From an uncultured Poribacteria bacterium (GTDB lineage: Bacteria; Poribacteria; WGA-4E; WGA-3G), in the NCBI GenBank assembly GCA_958296135.2, contig CATQHZ020000001.1, positions 544,001 through 608,000 of the forward strand: a stretch of DNA of 64,000 nt, read 5' to 3'. The notes below the pieces were generated by a model. That model saw only the letters and a program-made list of their open reading frames with translations, did not search any database and had not been told where the DNA came from. Position 1 is the first letter of the stretch. The number at the start of each line of letters is the position of its first letter. The translations under genes were made by a program, and so were the position numbers. Below are positions 47,251 to 56,267 of the stretch, in pieces.

Positions 47251-49020
47251 TTAATCCACCGCTTCGTCCGGGTCATCGGCGGAGAGATCATCGCCGCGGT
47301 GTAGGCGCAGCGCGAGGTTCGCTGTCTGTCGACGCGCCCGCGCCGTCGGTGCATGCGCCGCTAAATAACGCGCCGCCGCAACCAAGGCAATCCGCGCTCG
47401 TGCTTCATCCAACTCACCCGCTTGCTGGAAGGCGGCCTCCAACATCTGGAACGAGTGGAATTCCGCATCCTCGCGCAACAGAATATGTCCGAGCCGCTCC
47501 AACAGTGCCTCGCGGGGATGCCCCAGGGACAGATAGCGATAGATATACATCCCGGCTCTATCCGCCTGCGCCTGCGTATCCAACAACTCAACGAACCTGT
47601 CAAGCAGTTCGTCTGCATCCGTTGGGAGCGTCTCGGTTTCTCGGCGGTTTTGTGGGAGTCTTGCGGCAGGCATGTTGAACCACCGGTCGAAGTAGATGGC
47701 CATTGCGCCGTGGAAAATCCCGCGGGCAATCTCTACCGAGGGGGCGCGTTTGGCGCACTGATGCAACGCGTTTGCATACGTGTAGGTATGCAACACCGCA
47801 ATCCAGTCGCCGAATTCGTTCTTGGTATGGAACCGCGCGATGCGGAGTGCGGCGGCAGATGCGAGCGTCTGCGTCAACCCGGTCAGCGTTGCCCCTTCCT
47901 GAAACGCGGCTTTCAGTGCGTCAATCGTTTCAAGCGGATTATCGCCGAGTAACGTTTCGGTGAGTGCTTCGCTTCCGTTCCACTGCTTCCCCTTACCGCT
48001 CTCAATAATTGCTTCGAGTTCGTCAAAAATGCCGCGTAGCACGGGGACGAAGTCGATCGGACTGCGCCATCGGTTCTGTTCTTCGGCGCGGGAGGAGCTC
48101 GCTAGCATGCCGACGAGTGTCGGAATAACCTCATTTGCCTTCTCCCATCCGATGCGTTCGAGCAGTTCAAACGCTTTGTTGATAAAATCAAGCGTATGTC
48201 CGCCATCGCGATAGAAGTGGTCTGTGGCGGCGGTTACCATCATATCACAAATCTGGGCCGGTGTTGCGCCTTGGGAAATCGCAGTCAAAATCGTGCGTTC
48301 CGCGCCATCGGCGTTCCGCACCTCAATAAAATAGCGGAACCACGTTTTCAGCTGCGCCAGAGAGTGCGTCTCCGTTTCAAGCCGCGTCAACGGAATGCGG
48401 GGTGCGGATGCCGACGTTTCACTGGAAACGTGGAGCAGCCCTTGGTAGAGTGCCAGCACCTTATCTGCATCGGTGAGTTTTTCGGCGACGTTCGCCATGC
48501 AGGTGAGAATCGTCATGGCGGGGCCCCAGCCGGCGCGTCTGCCGCGTGCGCCGTAAAGCGCGCCGACTTCGACGACAGCATCGGGTGCTGTCTTCAACGA
48601 ACGGAGCGCGATAACCGATTTGGCGAGGATGAGATTGATGCTCTGCTCTAACCCTTCGCGCAGCCGAATCTTCCATCGTGCCACGGCATCAGCACCGTTC
48701 GCACCGACGTTGACATAGACGCTCCCCTCCCGGACATCAATGGGGTAAGCTTGCACGTCATCGGCGAACGGGTGGAAGGTGCAGCCACTCGCCAGATCGA
48801 ACATGGCGTGATGCCAATGGCATATCAGGATGCCGTCCTGCACGCTCCCGCGATTGAGCGGATAACCCATGTGCGGGCAGCGGTTGTCTACTGCGAAAAT
48901 CTTGCCGTTGCTTTTTGCCAAGGCGATGGGCTGTCCTGCCACGTTCACGGCGATGACTCCCTCTTCGGGAATCTCCGCAACCTCGGCACACTTGATGAAT
49001 TCAGAAATCCGTTCAGCCAT
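47251..49020 (-). CDS. Rieske [2Fe-2S] domain protein with a large helical C-terminus
   Basis: NRCPH..ICHWH; internally repeated GHTLDF/LHTYTY/FHSFQ helices. Confidence 0.85.
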   Translation of the reverse strand: MAERISEFIKCAEVAEIPEEGVIAVNVAGQPIALAKSNGKIFAVDNRCPHMGYPLNRGSVQDGILICHWHHAMFDLASGCTFHPFADDVQAYPIDVREGSVYVNVGANGADAVARWKIRLREGLEQSINLILAKSVIALRSLKTAPDAVVEVGALYGARGRRAGWGPAMTILTCMANVAEKLTDADKVLALYQGLLHVSSETSASAPRIPLTRLETETHSLAQLKTWFRYFIEVRNADGAERTILTAISQGATPAQICDMMVTAATDHFYRDGGHTLDFINKAFELLERIGWEKANEVIPTLVGMLASSSRAEEQNRWRSPIDFVPVLRGIFDELEAIIESGKGKQWNGSEALTETLLGDNPLETIDALKAAFQEGATLTGLTQTLASAAALRIARFHTKNEFGDWIAVLHTYTYANALHQCAKRAPSVEIARGIFHGAMAIYFDRWFNMPAARLPQNRRETETLPTDADELLDRFVELLDTQAQADRAGMYIYRYLSLGHPREALLERLGHILLREDAEFHSFQMLEAAFQQAGELDEARARIALVAAARYLAAHAPTARARRQTANLALRLHRGDDLSADDPDEAVD

Positions 49021-49321
49021 TTTTTTCTCCCTTGTTTGCATATTTTATATAAAATATTTTAACGTAGGTTGTGTTAACATGTCAAGGTGTTTTTTTCTGC
49101 AGCGTGCTTCAGTTTTCGATTTTGATGTTATCCGTGAAAATCCACCCGAGGTGGAGTAGGGCAAGATTTCCTGAAAGTCTGGAAACCCACGGGTTTCCAA
49201 ACAATCCTGACCCGGTTGAGAGCAGAGGAAGTCTCAGATTACCCCTTTATTTTCTTATCGTCATTCCATCGCAAACGACAGATAAGGGACAACAAACAAA
49301 AAAGATAAATGTCGGGCGGCG

Positions 49322-49564
49322 GTGGACTGGGAAGCGCGCCGAGGGCTCCCGAGTGATCTTCAAGCGGCGGCATTGCTAGAGATTCTTGAGGAGCTGGGTC
49401 CCAAGTATGTAGCCGTGGCTAAGTTGTGGGCGGAGTACACGTCGGCAGAGATAGGGGAGATGCTGGGCATTCCCGAGAACACGGTGAAGTCGCGGAAGAG
49501 GAAGATAAGACAGCGGCTTGCCGAGGCACTCCGTGACTTATCGCCGCCGGCGAAGCAATCCTAG
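49322..49564 (+). pseudogene. ECF sigma factor region-4 fragment
   Basis: SAEIGEMLGIPENTVKSR; the frame closes about 12 codons upstream, so region 2 is missing. Confidence 0.55.
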
Positions 49565-49849
49565 TCCACCTTTCAGTCGGCTACAAGGTATCTGCCACTT
49601 TTGGAAACAGAAACGGAGAGATACCGCTGTTGTTGTTTAGTTGAGTTGTTGTTTAATCTACATCGACATGGAAGCAGTTTCCCACCGGAACTGCGCAAAC
49701 GTGCGAAGGCCTGTGAAAAGAGTGTAGCGATTGCGTCCTACGCTTCAGATGCAGAGCGATGCTTGACTCACAGAGCTGATTTTTCTTAATAGATTGGATA
49801 ATGTTCTTGACAGATTTTTAGAGTTGAGGTAAATTTTAAAGGAGATTCT

Positions 49850-50445
49850 ATGTTTTTACAACAAGCGATGCCTCCTTGGTTCGCCGTTCATCGGGCGAGC
49901 CAAGTGACGATGCTTTTACTCGCAGTTGTTATGCTATTTATCCCGATACTCTTCGCCCAAGGGTTCAAAAGGAACTTGCAGAGATTATGGAAACAAATAG
50001 ACTCGCAACTTTCACAATGGGACTTGTGGGGCTATGGCTCCAGCAGGCCGGTTTATTGGGCATCAGAATAAAAAAGTTATTCTACGCCTCAAAACCGGCA
50101 TCGCGAAGAAAATTAAGGGAAATAGCACATCCTGCTCCCCTGATAGGAATAGGCATTATCGTCTGTGCTCTCTTATTAGCGGTTAGGGTTGATACTCCCT
50201 GTAAGGGTGGGTGCGGTATGAAGGTATCTAGTCCGTCTTCCTCACACAGTGTCATTTGTGGCAACTGTAGTGAGAGGATTTGGTACTGTGATTATCATCC
50301 ACACCGGACCCACTGTGGGCATTGTGGGGAGCAGTACTGGGATTGCCCTTATGACTCCCAAGCATCAAATCACAGTCCGAAGCCTTGTCTTATCTGCAAT
50401 GAAATCCATCTCATGTGTGAAGGACACCATTTTATTGATAGATAA
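49850..50445 (+). pseudogene. Membrane protein with a Cys/His-rich tail, probably frameshifted
   Basis: AAGGAG RBS at the 49850 ORF; a second frame carries a TM plus CKGGC, CGNC, CGHC, CLIC. Confidence 0.4.
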
Positions 50446-50513
50446 CACGCCACCGCGCATCACAAAGGTATCTAGTCCGTCCACAACTCACTTGAGCGAC
50501 TAAGGTTCCTCCC

Positions 50514-50542
50514 TTGACATCTCCTCTGCAAAATGTTAAAAT
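50514..50542 (+). promoter_or_regulatory. Sigma70 promoter
   Basis: TTGACA-17 nt-TAAAAT with extended TG. Confidence 0.7.
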
Positions 50543-50572
50543 AATCCTCAAACAAAGGAGGAACGCAACAAC

Positions 50573-52312
50573 ATGAAATTATCATACGCCCTATTGATTT
50601 TTATTTTCGCAATTACGCCCTATGCATCCGCCGCCGAAAATGGCACGCCCCCCTGGAGGCCGGCGGGAAAATACACGCATCCTGCTATCCGAGAGAGCTC
50701 TGGCATCGTCAAGAGCCGGCAGTTTGAGGCGGTCTACTGGACGCTCAACGACTCTGGCAATCCCGCTGCACTTTACGCCACCAAACGCAATGGCGAACTC
50801 ATCCAAGAAATCGCCGTGAAAGGGGCCCAGAACGTTGACTGGGAAGCCCTCGGCATTGATGATAAGGGCCAACTCTGGCTCGGCGAGATTGGGAATAACA
50901 GTTGGCTGCGCATCGATCTGAAGGTGGTTGTCGTGCAGGAACCGAATCCGTTTACCGAGAGCGAGGTGGAAGTCACGGCGAGTTATCCGTATCGGTATCC
51001 GGCAGAAAACGTGGACGCGGAGGGGCTGTTCATCGCCGATGGGGTGCCTTACATCGTCTCAAAGGAACTTGAGCGCGCGGTGCTTTACCGGTTTCCAGAG
51101 TTGCAAGCGGATAAGAAGCAGGTTTTGGAACGCGTCGGCGAATTTGCCGGTGCGAAGTGGGTCACGGGCGCGGGCTTATCCGCAGATGGCAAGCGGCTCG
51201 CTGTTTGCACCTACGATAGGCTTTGGGTATATCAGAGAAACCCGGCAACCAGTTTCGCGCAACTTATTCAGAACGTTCCGTGGGAGTTGCCTCACAATTT
51301 TAGCGGAGAAGCGGTCTGCTTTGAAGGTTATGATCTGGTTTTAACCAACGAAGCGCGCGACATCTACGCACTGCCGCAATCTTGGTATGAGGCAGGTTGG
51401 GAATTGCCGCCGAACGATACGGTGCCGGTAACAACAGGCGGCGACATCACACTTCACGTAGAGAGTTACAGAGAGGCAGGTATTGCCATCGACGGGCAGC
51501 ATGTCGTTTTGAAGTCTGCATCGACAGATACCTTACCTTTTTCAATTGAGGCTCCGCACAAAAACGTGTATGAAATCAGCACGATTTTAACCCGAGGCCC
51601 GGAATACGGCATCGTCAAATTAGCAGTCAACGGCACGGTTGTCGGCGAACCTTACGATTGCTATCATCGCACGCCTCTTGCAGGCACGTTCGTGACATTC
51701 GGCACGGTGGTGTTGAACGCTGGCACAAATCACATCACGTTAAAAAGCGTTGGAAAGGCGACAGATAAAATCGCGGTTGATTCGTATTACATCCGTCATC
51801 ATTCTCCTTTCGTAAAGCGTTATCTCGTCCTAGGTCCGTTTCCGAAGGCAGCTGTCAACAGCATCGCCGAACCGCTTCCGCCAGAGAGCGAGGTAGGCAC
51901 CCCACTTTTTGTAACGTCAAAGCGCGCTTACCAAGGCATCGACGGCAAAACGATTCACTGGCAAGCGGCGGAAGCAGAGGCAAGCGGCGTGTTGGATCTA
52001 CTCAAGTACCTCGGTAACGCACCGATTGCGGTAGGGTATGCGCTGTGCTACGTCTACGCGCCGAAGGATATGGAGACGGTGCTATTGCTCGGCAGCGATG
52101 ACCAGGTTGCGGTGTGGTTAAATGGCGCAGAAATCCATCGACTTGATGCCAATCGCCCCGCGGTTCCCGATGAAGACGCTGTCCCTTGCCAATTGAAAGC
52201 GGGTTGGAACGAGGTTTTGTGCAAAATCGGGCAGAACGGTTGGGGATGGGGGTTGTATCTGCGGTGGACAGATGCGGCGGCAGTCCTCAAGTATGGGACA
52301 TCTCGCCAGTAG
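50573..52312 (+). CDS. Secreted beta-propeller + CBM-like + PA14-like protein
   Basis: Signal peptide; ESSG, LNDSG, DWEA, DAEG, GEAV; GSDDQVAVWLNG. Confidence 0.75.
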   Translation: MKLSYALLIFIFAITPYASAAENGTPPWRPAGKYTHPAIRESSGIVKSRQFEAVYWTLNDSGNPAALYATKRNGELIQEIAVKGAQNVDWEALGIDDKGQLWLGEIGNNSWLRIDLKVVVVQEPNPFTESEVEVTASYPYRYPAENVDAEGLFIADGVPYIVSKELERAVLYRFPELQADKKQVLERVGEFAGAKWVTGAGLSADGKRLAVCTYDRLWVYQRNPATSFAQLIQNVPWELPHNFSGEAVCFEGYDLVLTNEARDIYALPQSWYEAGWELPPNDTVPVTTGGDITLHVESYREAGIAIDGQHVVLKSASTDTLPFSIEAPHKNVYEISTILTRGPEYGIVKLAVNGTVVGEPYDCYHRTPLAGTFVTFGTVVLNAGTNHITLKSVGKATDKIAVDSYYIRHHSPFVKRYLVLGPFPKAAVNSIAEPLPPESEVGTPLFVTSKRAYQGIDGKTIHWQAAEAEASGVLDLLKYLGNAPIAVGYALCYVYAPKDMETVLLLGSDDQVAVWLNGAEIHRLDANRPAVPDEDAVPCQLKAGWNEVLCKIGQNGWGWGLYLRWTDAAAVLKYGTSRQ

Positions 52313-52437
52313 GAGAGACCTCGGGGCTCGATGGGAGTTGTATCTGCTCGCCAGTAGGAGAGCCCTCCCGCGTCTCGATTTGAAGCTTGGGTTTCCAAGC
52401 GAGCCCGAACACGGTGAGAGCTCCTGACACCCCACGT

Positions 52438-53208
52438 TCAAACCGGCGCATACACATCCAACAGCCTTCTCAACACCTCTGCCTTTACCAAAATCTCATC
52501 GCTTTCAAAATTCCGTATCTCAAACAAGCGCGGCACCTGTTGATAGAGTTCTGGCAAACCTAAAATTTCGACAATCTGCTCTTGCACCCATTTGTCATAG
52601 GCGATAGGGTAGGCGCGCCGTGCAATGAAGAGTGCCTGCAAGAATTCACGGAAGGCATCGTAGAATCGGGTGAAGCACTGAAAATGGAGCCCCCGCGGCA
52701 CGTAAAGCGGAATATGCTCGAGGTTGTTGAGGCAATAGTCGCGTGCCATGGAGAGGCGTTGTTGGCGCAGCTGTTCATCGTAATAGGGCAGCCACTTCTC
52801 TCGGAGCGCGTCAAAATAGTCGCCGTTTTGATGCAACACGACGCTGTAAACGAGGTAATTCCCGATGACGAGTTCAAATTCATCGGGCCCGCCTGTCCAT
52901 CCGCGCGGCGTTGGCGCGAAGTGCCCATCGCTGAAATCTAAATCGACGTGCGTGTATTTTCCGACAGCGGCGAGTTCTTGAAAGACAGGCGCGGTCGCGT
53001 AGAATTCTTCCCACGCCTTCTCAAGGTTCGCCGTTTCGGTCCGCCCTAGCACCAGCATATCAAGGCAGCTGTCGCGGCTGGCCTTGCCGCGGGCACAGGA
53101 ACAGGTGAGGCAGATGGTGTCAACTTCGGGGAGCGGCGCGAAGAAGTCAACGATGGCTTCAGCGGCGTTTTGATGTTCAATTGTTGGGTAGCTTGCTTGT
53201 GAATTCAT
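52438..53208 (-). CDS. Nucleotidyltransferase-domain protein
   Basis: CSCARG..DSCLD variant of GS..DxD; YPIAYDKW. Confidence 0.65.
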   Translation of the reverse strand: MNSQASYPTIEHQNAAEAIVDFFAPLPEVDTICLTCSCARGKASRDSCLDMLVLGRTETANLEKAWEEFYATAPVFQELAAVGKYTHVDLDFSDGHFAPTPRGWTGGPDEFELVIGNYLVYSVVLHQNGDYFDALREKWLPYYDEQLRQQRLSMARDYCLNNLEHIPLYVPRGLHFQCFTRFYDAFREFLQALFIARRAYPIAYDKWVQEQIVEILGLPELYQQVPRLFEIRNFESDEILVKAEVLRRLLDVYAPV

Positions 53209-53395
53209 ATCCCTGGAACGTAGCGCGGGAGCCTGTCCCCCGCGAGCGATGCCCGGCGAGGGAGTAGGGCAGCGTGCTTTTGCCGCTGTCGCACTCCTTA
53301 TGCGAGGCAACGGATTGCGATAGATTTAAGGCGTAACCAACGCACGCTGTTTTTCCTATCGGCGTACCGGCCCTCGCCCTACGGAGAGGCATCGG

Positions 53396-56137
53396 TTAAG
53401 GTTCATAACTATTCGTGTGTTCGTGAATCGGTTGCCGTTCGCGGTTGGCGTTGGCATCGGCGCGGCGCGGGGCACCGGTAATCGCATCGACAGATTCATC
53501 TGCCTTGAACCGCAGATACAATTTCTGTGACTTCGCCGCCATTGATGGATTCTTCAAGGCGCGATAACACCGCATCATGTTGTAATGCGCATCTAAATCT
53601 TCCGCATCTACTTCAAGCGTTTTCTGAAACGCCGCTAAGGCGGTTTCATAGTCGCGTTTGAGGAAATGCATCCGTCCCAATTGATTCCGAACACGGGTAT
53701 CGCGTGGGAATTGTGCGACGGCGCGTTGCAGATGTTCAATCGCCGTGTCATAGTTCCCGTAAGTTTCTTGGATGAGCGCGTAAAAGTAGTGAACCTTCGC
53801 GCGATGCAGGTTTTCCGGCGGCAACGTCTGCTGAATCTCAAACGCCTTGTTGAGCATCGCTTCGGCACCTTGCATGTCGCCTTCCTCAATGCGGCAGCGC
53901 GCGACGTTTACCCACCCATCGAGATAGGTGGGTTCTATTTCGGTAACTTTTAGGAAGGTGGTTTCGGCTGCCTTCAGATCGCCTTGGAGGAGGAGTCCGA
54001 TGCCGTAGTCGTTCCATCTTTCACGGGCATTTTCAGCGGTAGGCGAGCCCTCCCGGTCTCGATTTTTTCCTACATCGGGACCAGAGAGCCCGCCTACTGG
54101 AACATCGGGACTAGAGAGCCCGCCTACTGCAAGCGTTGCCGTAATGGATGCCATCACCGTAATCGGGAGATTCGGAATCGCCTTGATTTTGCCGGCGACA
54201 TCCGAGGTATCGCCTGTCCATACCCACCTGCCATTGTCGTAACCTTTATCTACCTGAAAATCGGTATCCTCCGGGTCGCGTACGCCGGCATAAGCCCACT
54301 GTGTATGCCACCAGTTGAATTTGCGATAGTTCAACTTTGCCGTGAGGGTGAGCGTGTCGCCGCAGTCGGGTGGGATTTCTAGCCGATAACGGACAGTATC
54401 GGCGGCACCCGGCGGAATGGTGTGGCTGTAAAGCACTGTCCGCATTGCCCATGCATTCCGTTTGTTAATGCGGTTTCCGTGCGCGTCAAGCATATAACTG
54501 TGATAGAAATGCGCGCCGGCATCGACAGGGCCGTTTCCATCGGGCGCGGCGATATGTCCATTCCAGAAAATCACCTTGCCGTTCTCATCGGTGGCTTTCA
54601 CCTCCAGCCAGATGTCAAAGGCATCAATGGTGCCAGCCGGGAAGGGATGCCCGACATTTCGGGTGCGAACGACGACATCGATGCGCGGATTTTCGCCGCG
54701 CGTGACTTGAAATCCCTCGAGCGGCATCGGCATTCCATCGGCGAATAGAGCCAACGTGACTACATCATCCTGCAAAAATTCTGTCACGGTTCTGAGTTGT
54801 TCTTCGTGCTGATTGACGAAGGGGAGTGCTGTGTTTGCCGCTGGGAAACGGTGACTATGCACTTTTCCATCAATATTCGCTGCATCTGTGGAAGCAACCA
54901 ACGGCATGTGGCAATCCACGCACTTCTTCGCCGTTTCGGGATAGTAGAAGGACAGCGCGCCTTGGTGTGACACGCCGCTCTTCTGCCAACCGTCGTAGTC
55001 GTTGAAGCCGCGCACCCATCGGAAATTGTTCACGGGTTCATCGAGGTGTGCCTTGTGGCAAGTCGAACAAAATTCCGCCGTGTTCTCGCGATGAAACGGC
55101 TTGAGGAAACTTTTCTTGTGCGGCTCCGGGTCGAGGCGGATGAGGTAGTTGTGCAGATTGCGCACGATGGGATTCTCGCTGGCGGCGATGTCGTGGAGCG
55201 GCGGATACTTGATGATATAGCCGCTGTTGCCCATCGTATCTTTGACCTTCTCAATGGAGTGGCATGCCGTGCAGGCGAGCCCAGCTTGCGCTGCGGGTGT
55301 ATGGAGGTTCTCCCGAATGGGTAAATCCATGACACCGTTGAGTAAGATGCCCGGGTCGTGGCATCCGCCGCACCACTTGGAAGGCTGAATGCCGTTCACT
55401 TCCTGCATATAGATAATCGATTTGCGATACCACTGGTTGTTGAAGGAGGAGAAGTGATGCGCTGATTCGTTCCACTGCTCGTAAATATCGGGGTGGCATC
55501 CTTTTGCAGCGCACGTCTCCGATGTGAGGAAGAAATCGGTAGGGATGAGATTGCCTGTCGCGGTTTCAACGGACGCGGGGAAAAAGTGTCCTGTCGTGCC
55601 GCCGCCCTCTTCATACATGCTTGTCGGCGGTAGCGCGGGGTTTTTGACGAGATAGTCCTCGTTGGGTAGATAGTGTTGCGCAACTTTCGCGCCTATGGGA
55701 AAGAGGAAAACGATGGCAAGCACTGCTAGGGTTGCGCGCTTAAAAAGCACGCCTACCGGCGCCTCTACCTCCGATTGTAAGGAGGGAGTTCCATATCTGT
55801 CTTTTAGCAGATGGATGGCAAACAGCAGCGCGCCGAACGTTACGGTGACGATATGGAAAATGAGCAGCCAGCGATAGGGGCGCGTCGCGCCGACTATCAT
55901 AAGATACCCACCGCTCAGGATGCCGAGGCCTAAACCGACGCTGCCGATTTGCCCCAACCTCGGGATGCGCCTGAAATACCGATAGACATAGATGCCGAAC
56001 GGAAGAATGAGGAGTATCCCGAGCCCGATGTGGAGCAGCACGTTAGCGATATAGAAGAGCGTCGGTTCGCCGAAGCTGAATAGGTACGCGCTGTTCAGCA
56101 GTAAAATGAGAAAGGCATAAAAAGAAAGTTTTCGCAT
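53396..56137 (-). CDS. Membrane-anchored multiheme cytochrome c with TPR repeats
   Basis: About five TM helices; CAAKGCH, CGGCH, CTACH, CSTCH, CVDCH; C-terminal TPRs. Confidence 0.85.
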   Translation of the reverse strand: MRKLSFYAFLILLLNSAYLFSFGEPTLFYIANVLLHIGLGILLILPFGIYVYRYFRRIPRLGQIGSVGLGLGILSGGYLMIVGATRPYRWLLIFHIVTVTFGALLFAIHLLKDRYGTPSLQSEVEAPVGVLFKRATLAVLAIVFLFPIGAKVAQHYLPNEDYLVKNPALPPTSMYEEGGGTTGHFFPASVETATGNLIPTDFFLTSETCAAKGCHPDIYEQWNESAHHFSSFNNQWYRKSIIYMQEVNGIQPSKWCGGCHDPGILLNGVMDLPIRENLHTPAAQAGLACTACHSIEKVKDTMGNSGYIIKYPPLHDIAASENPIVRNLHNYLIRLDPEPHKKSFLKPFHRENTAEFCSTCHKAHLDEPVNNFRWVRGFNDYDGWQKSGVSHQGALSFYYPETAKKCVDCHMPLVASTDAANIDGKVHSHRFPAANTALPFVNQHEEQLRTVTEFLQDDVVTLALFADGMPMPLEGFQVTRGENPRIDVVVRTRNVGHPFPAGTIDAFDIWLEVKATDENGKVIFWNGHIAAPDGNGPVDAGAHFYHSYMLDAHGNRINKRNAWAMRTVLYSHTIPPGAADTVRYRLEIPPDCGDTLTLTAKLNYRKFNWWHTQWAYAGVRDPEDTDFQVDKGYDNGRWVWTGDTSDVAGKIKAIPNLPITVMASITATLAVGGLSSPDVPVGGLSGPDVGKNRDREGSPTAENARERWNDYGIGLLLQGDLKAAETTFLKVTEIEPTYLDGWVNVARCRIEEGDMQGAEAMLNKAFEIQQTLPPENLHRAKVHYFYALIQETYGNYDTAIEHLQRAVAQFPRDTRVRNQLGRMHFLKRDYETALAAFQKTLEVDAEDLDAHYNMMRCYRALKNPSMAAKSQKLYLRFKADESVDAITGAPRRADANANRERQPIHEHTNSYEP

Positions 56138-56267
56138 GTTCAGGAATCATTTTGATAGGCGGAAACCATAGAAATCCGCCCTTACAGGCGGGAGCGATGC
56201 AGCATTGTATCCGTAGGCGCGCTTTGTTCGGGGAGCGCGGTTAAAAACCGCGACTACCGGGAACCCT

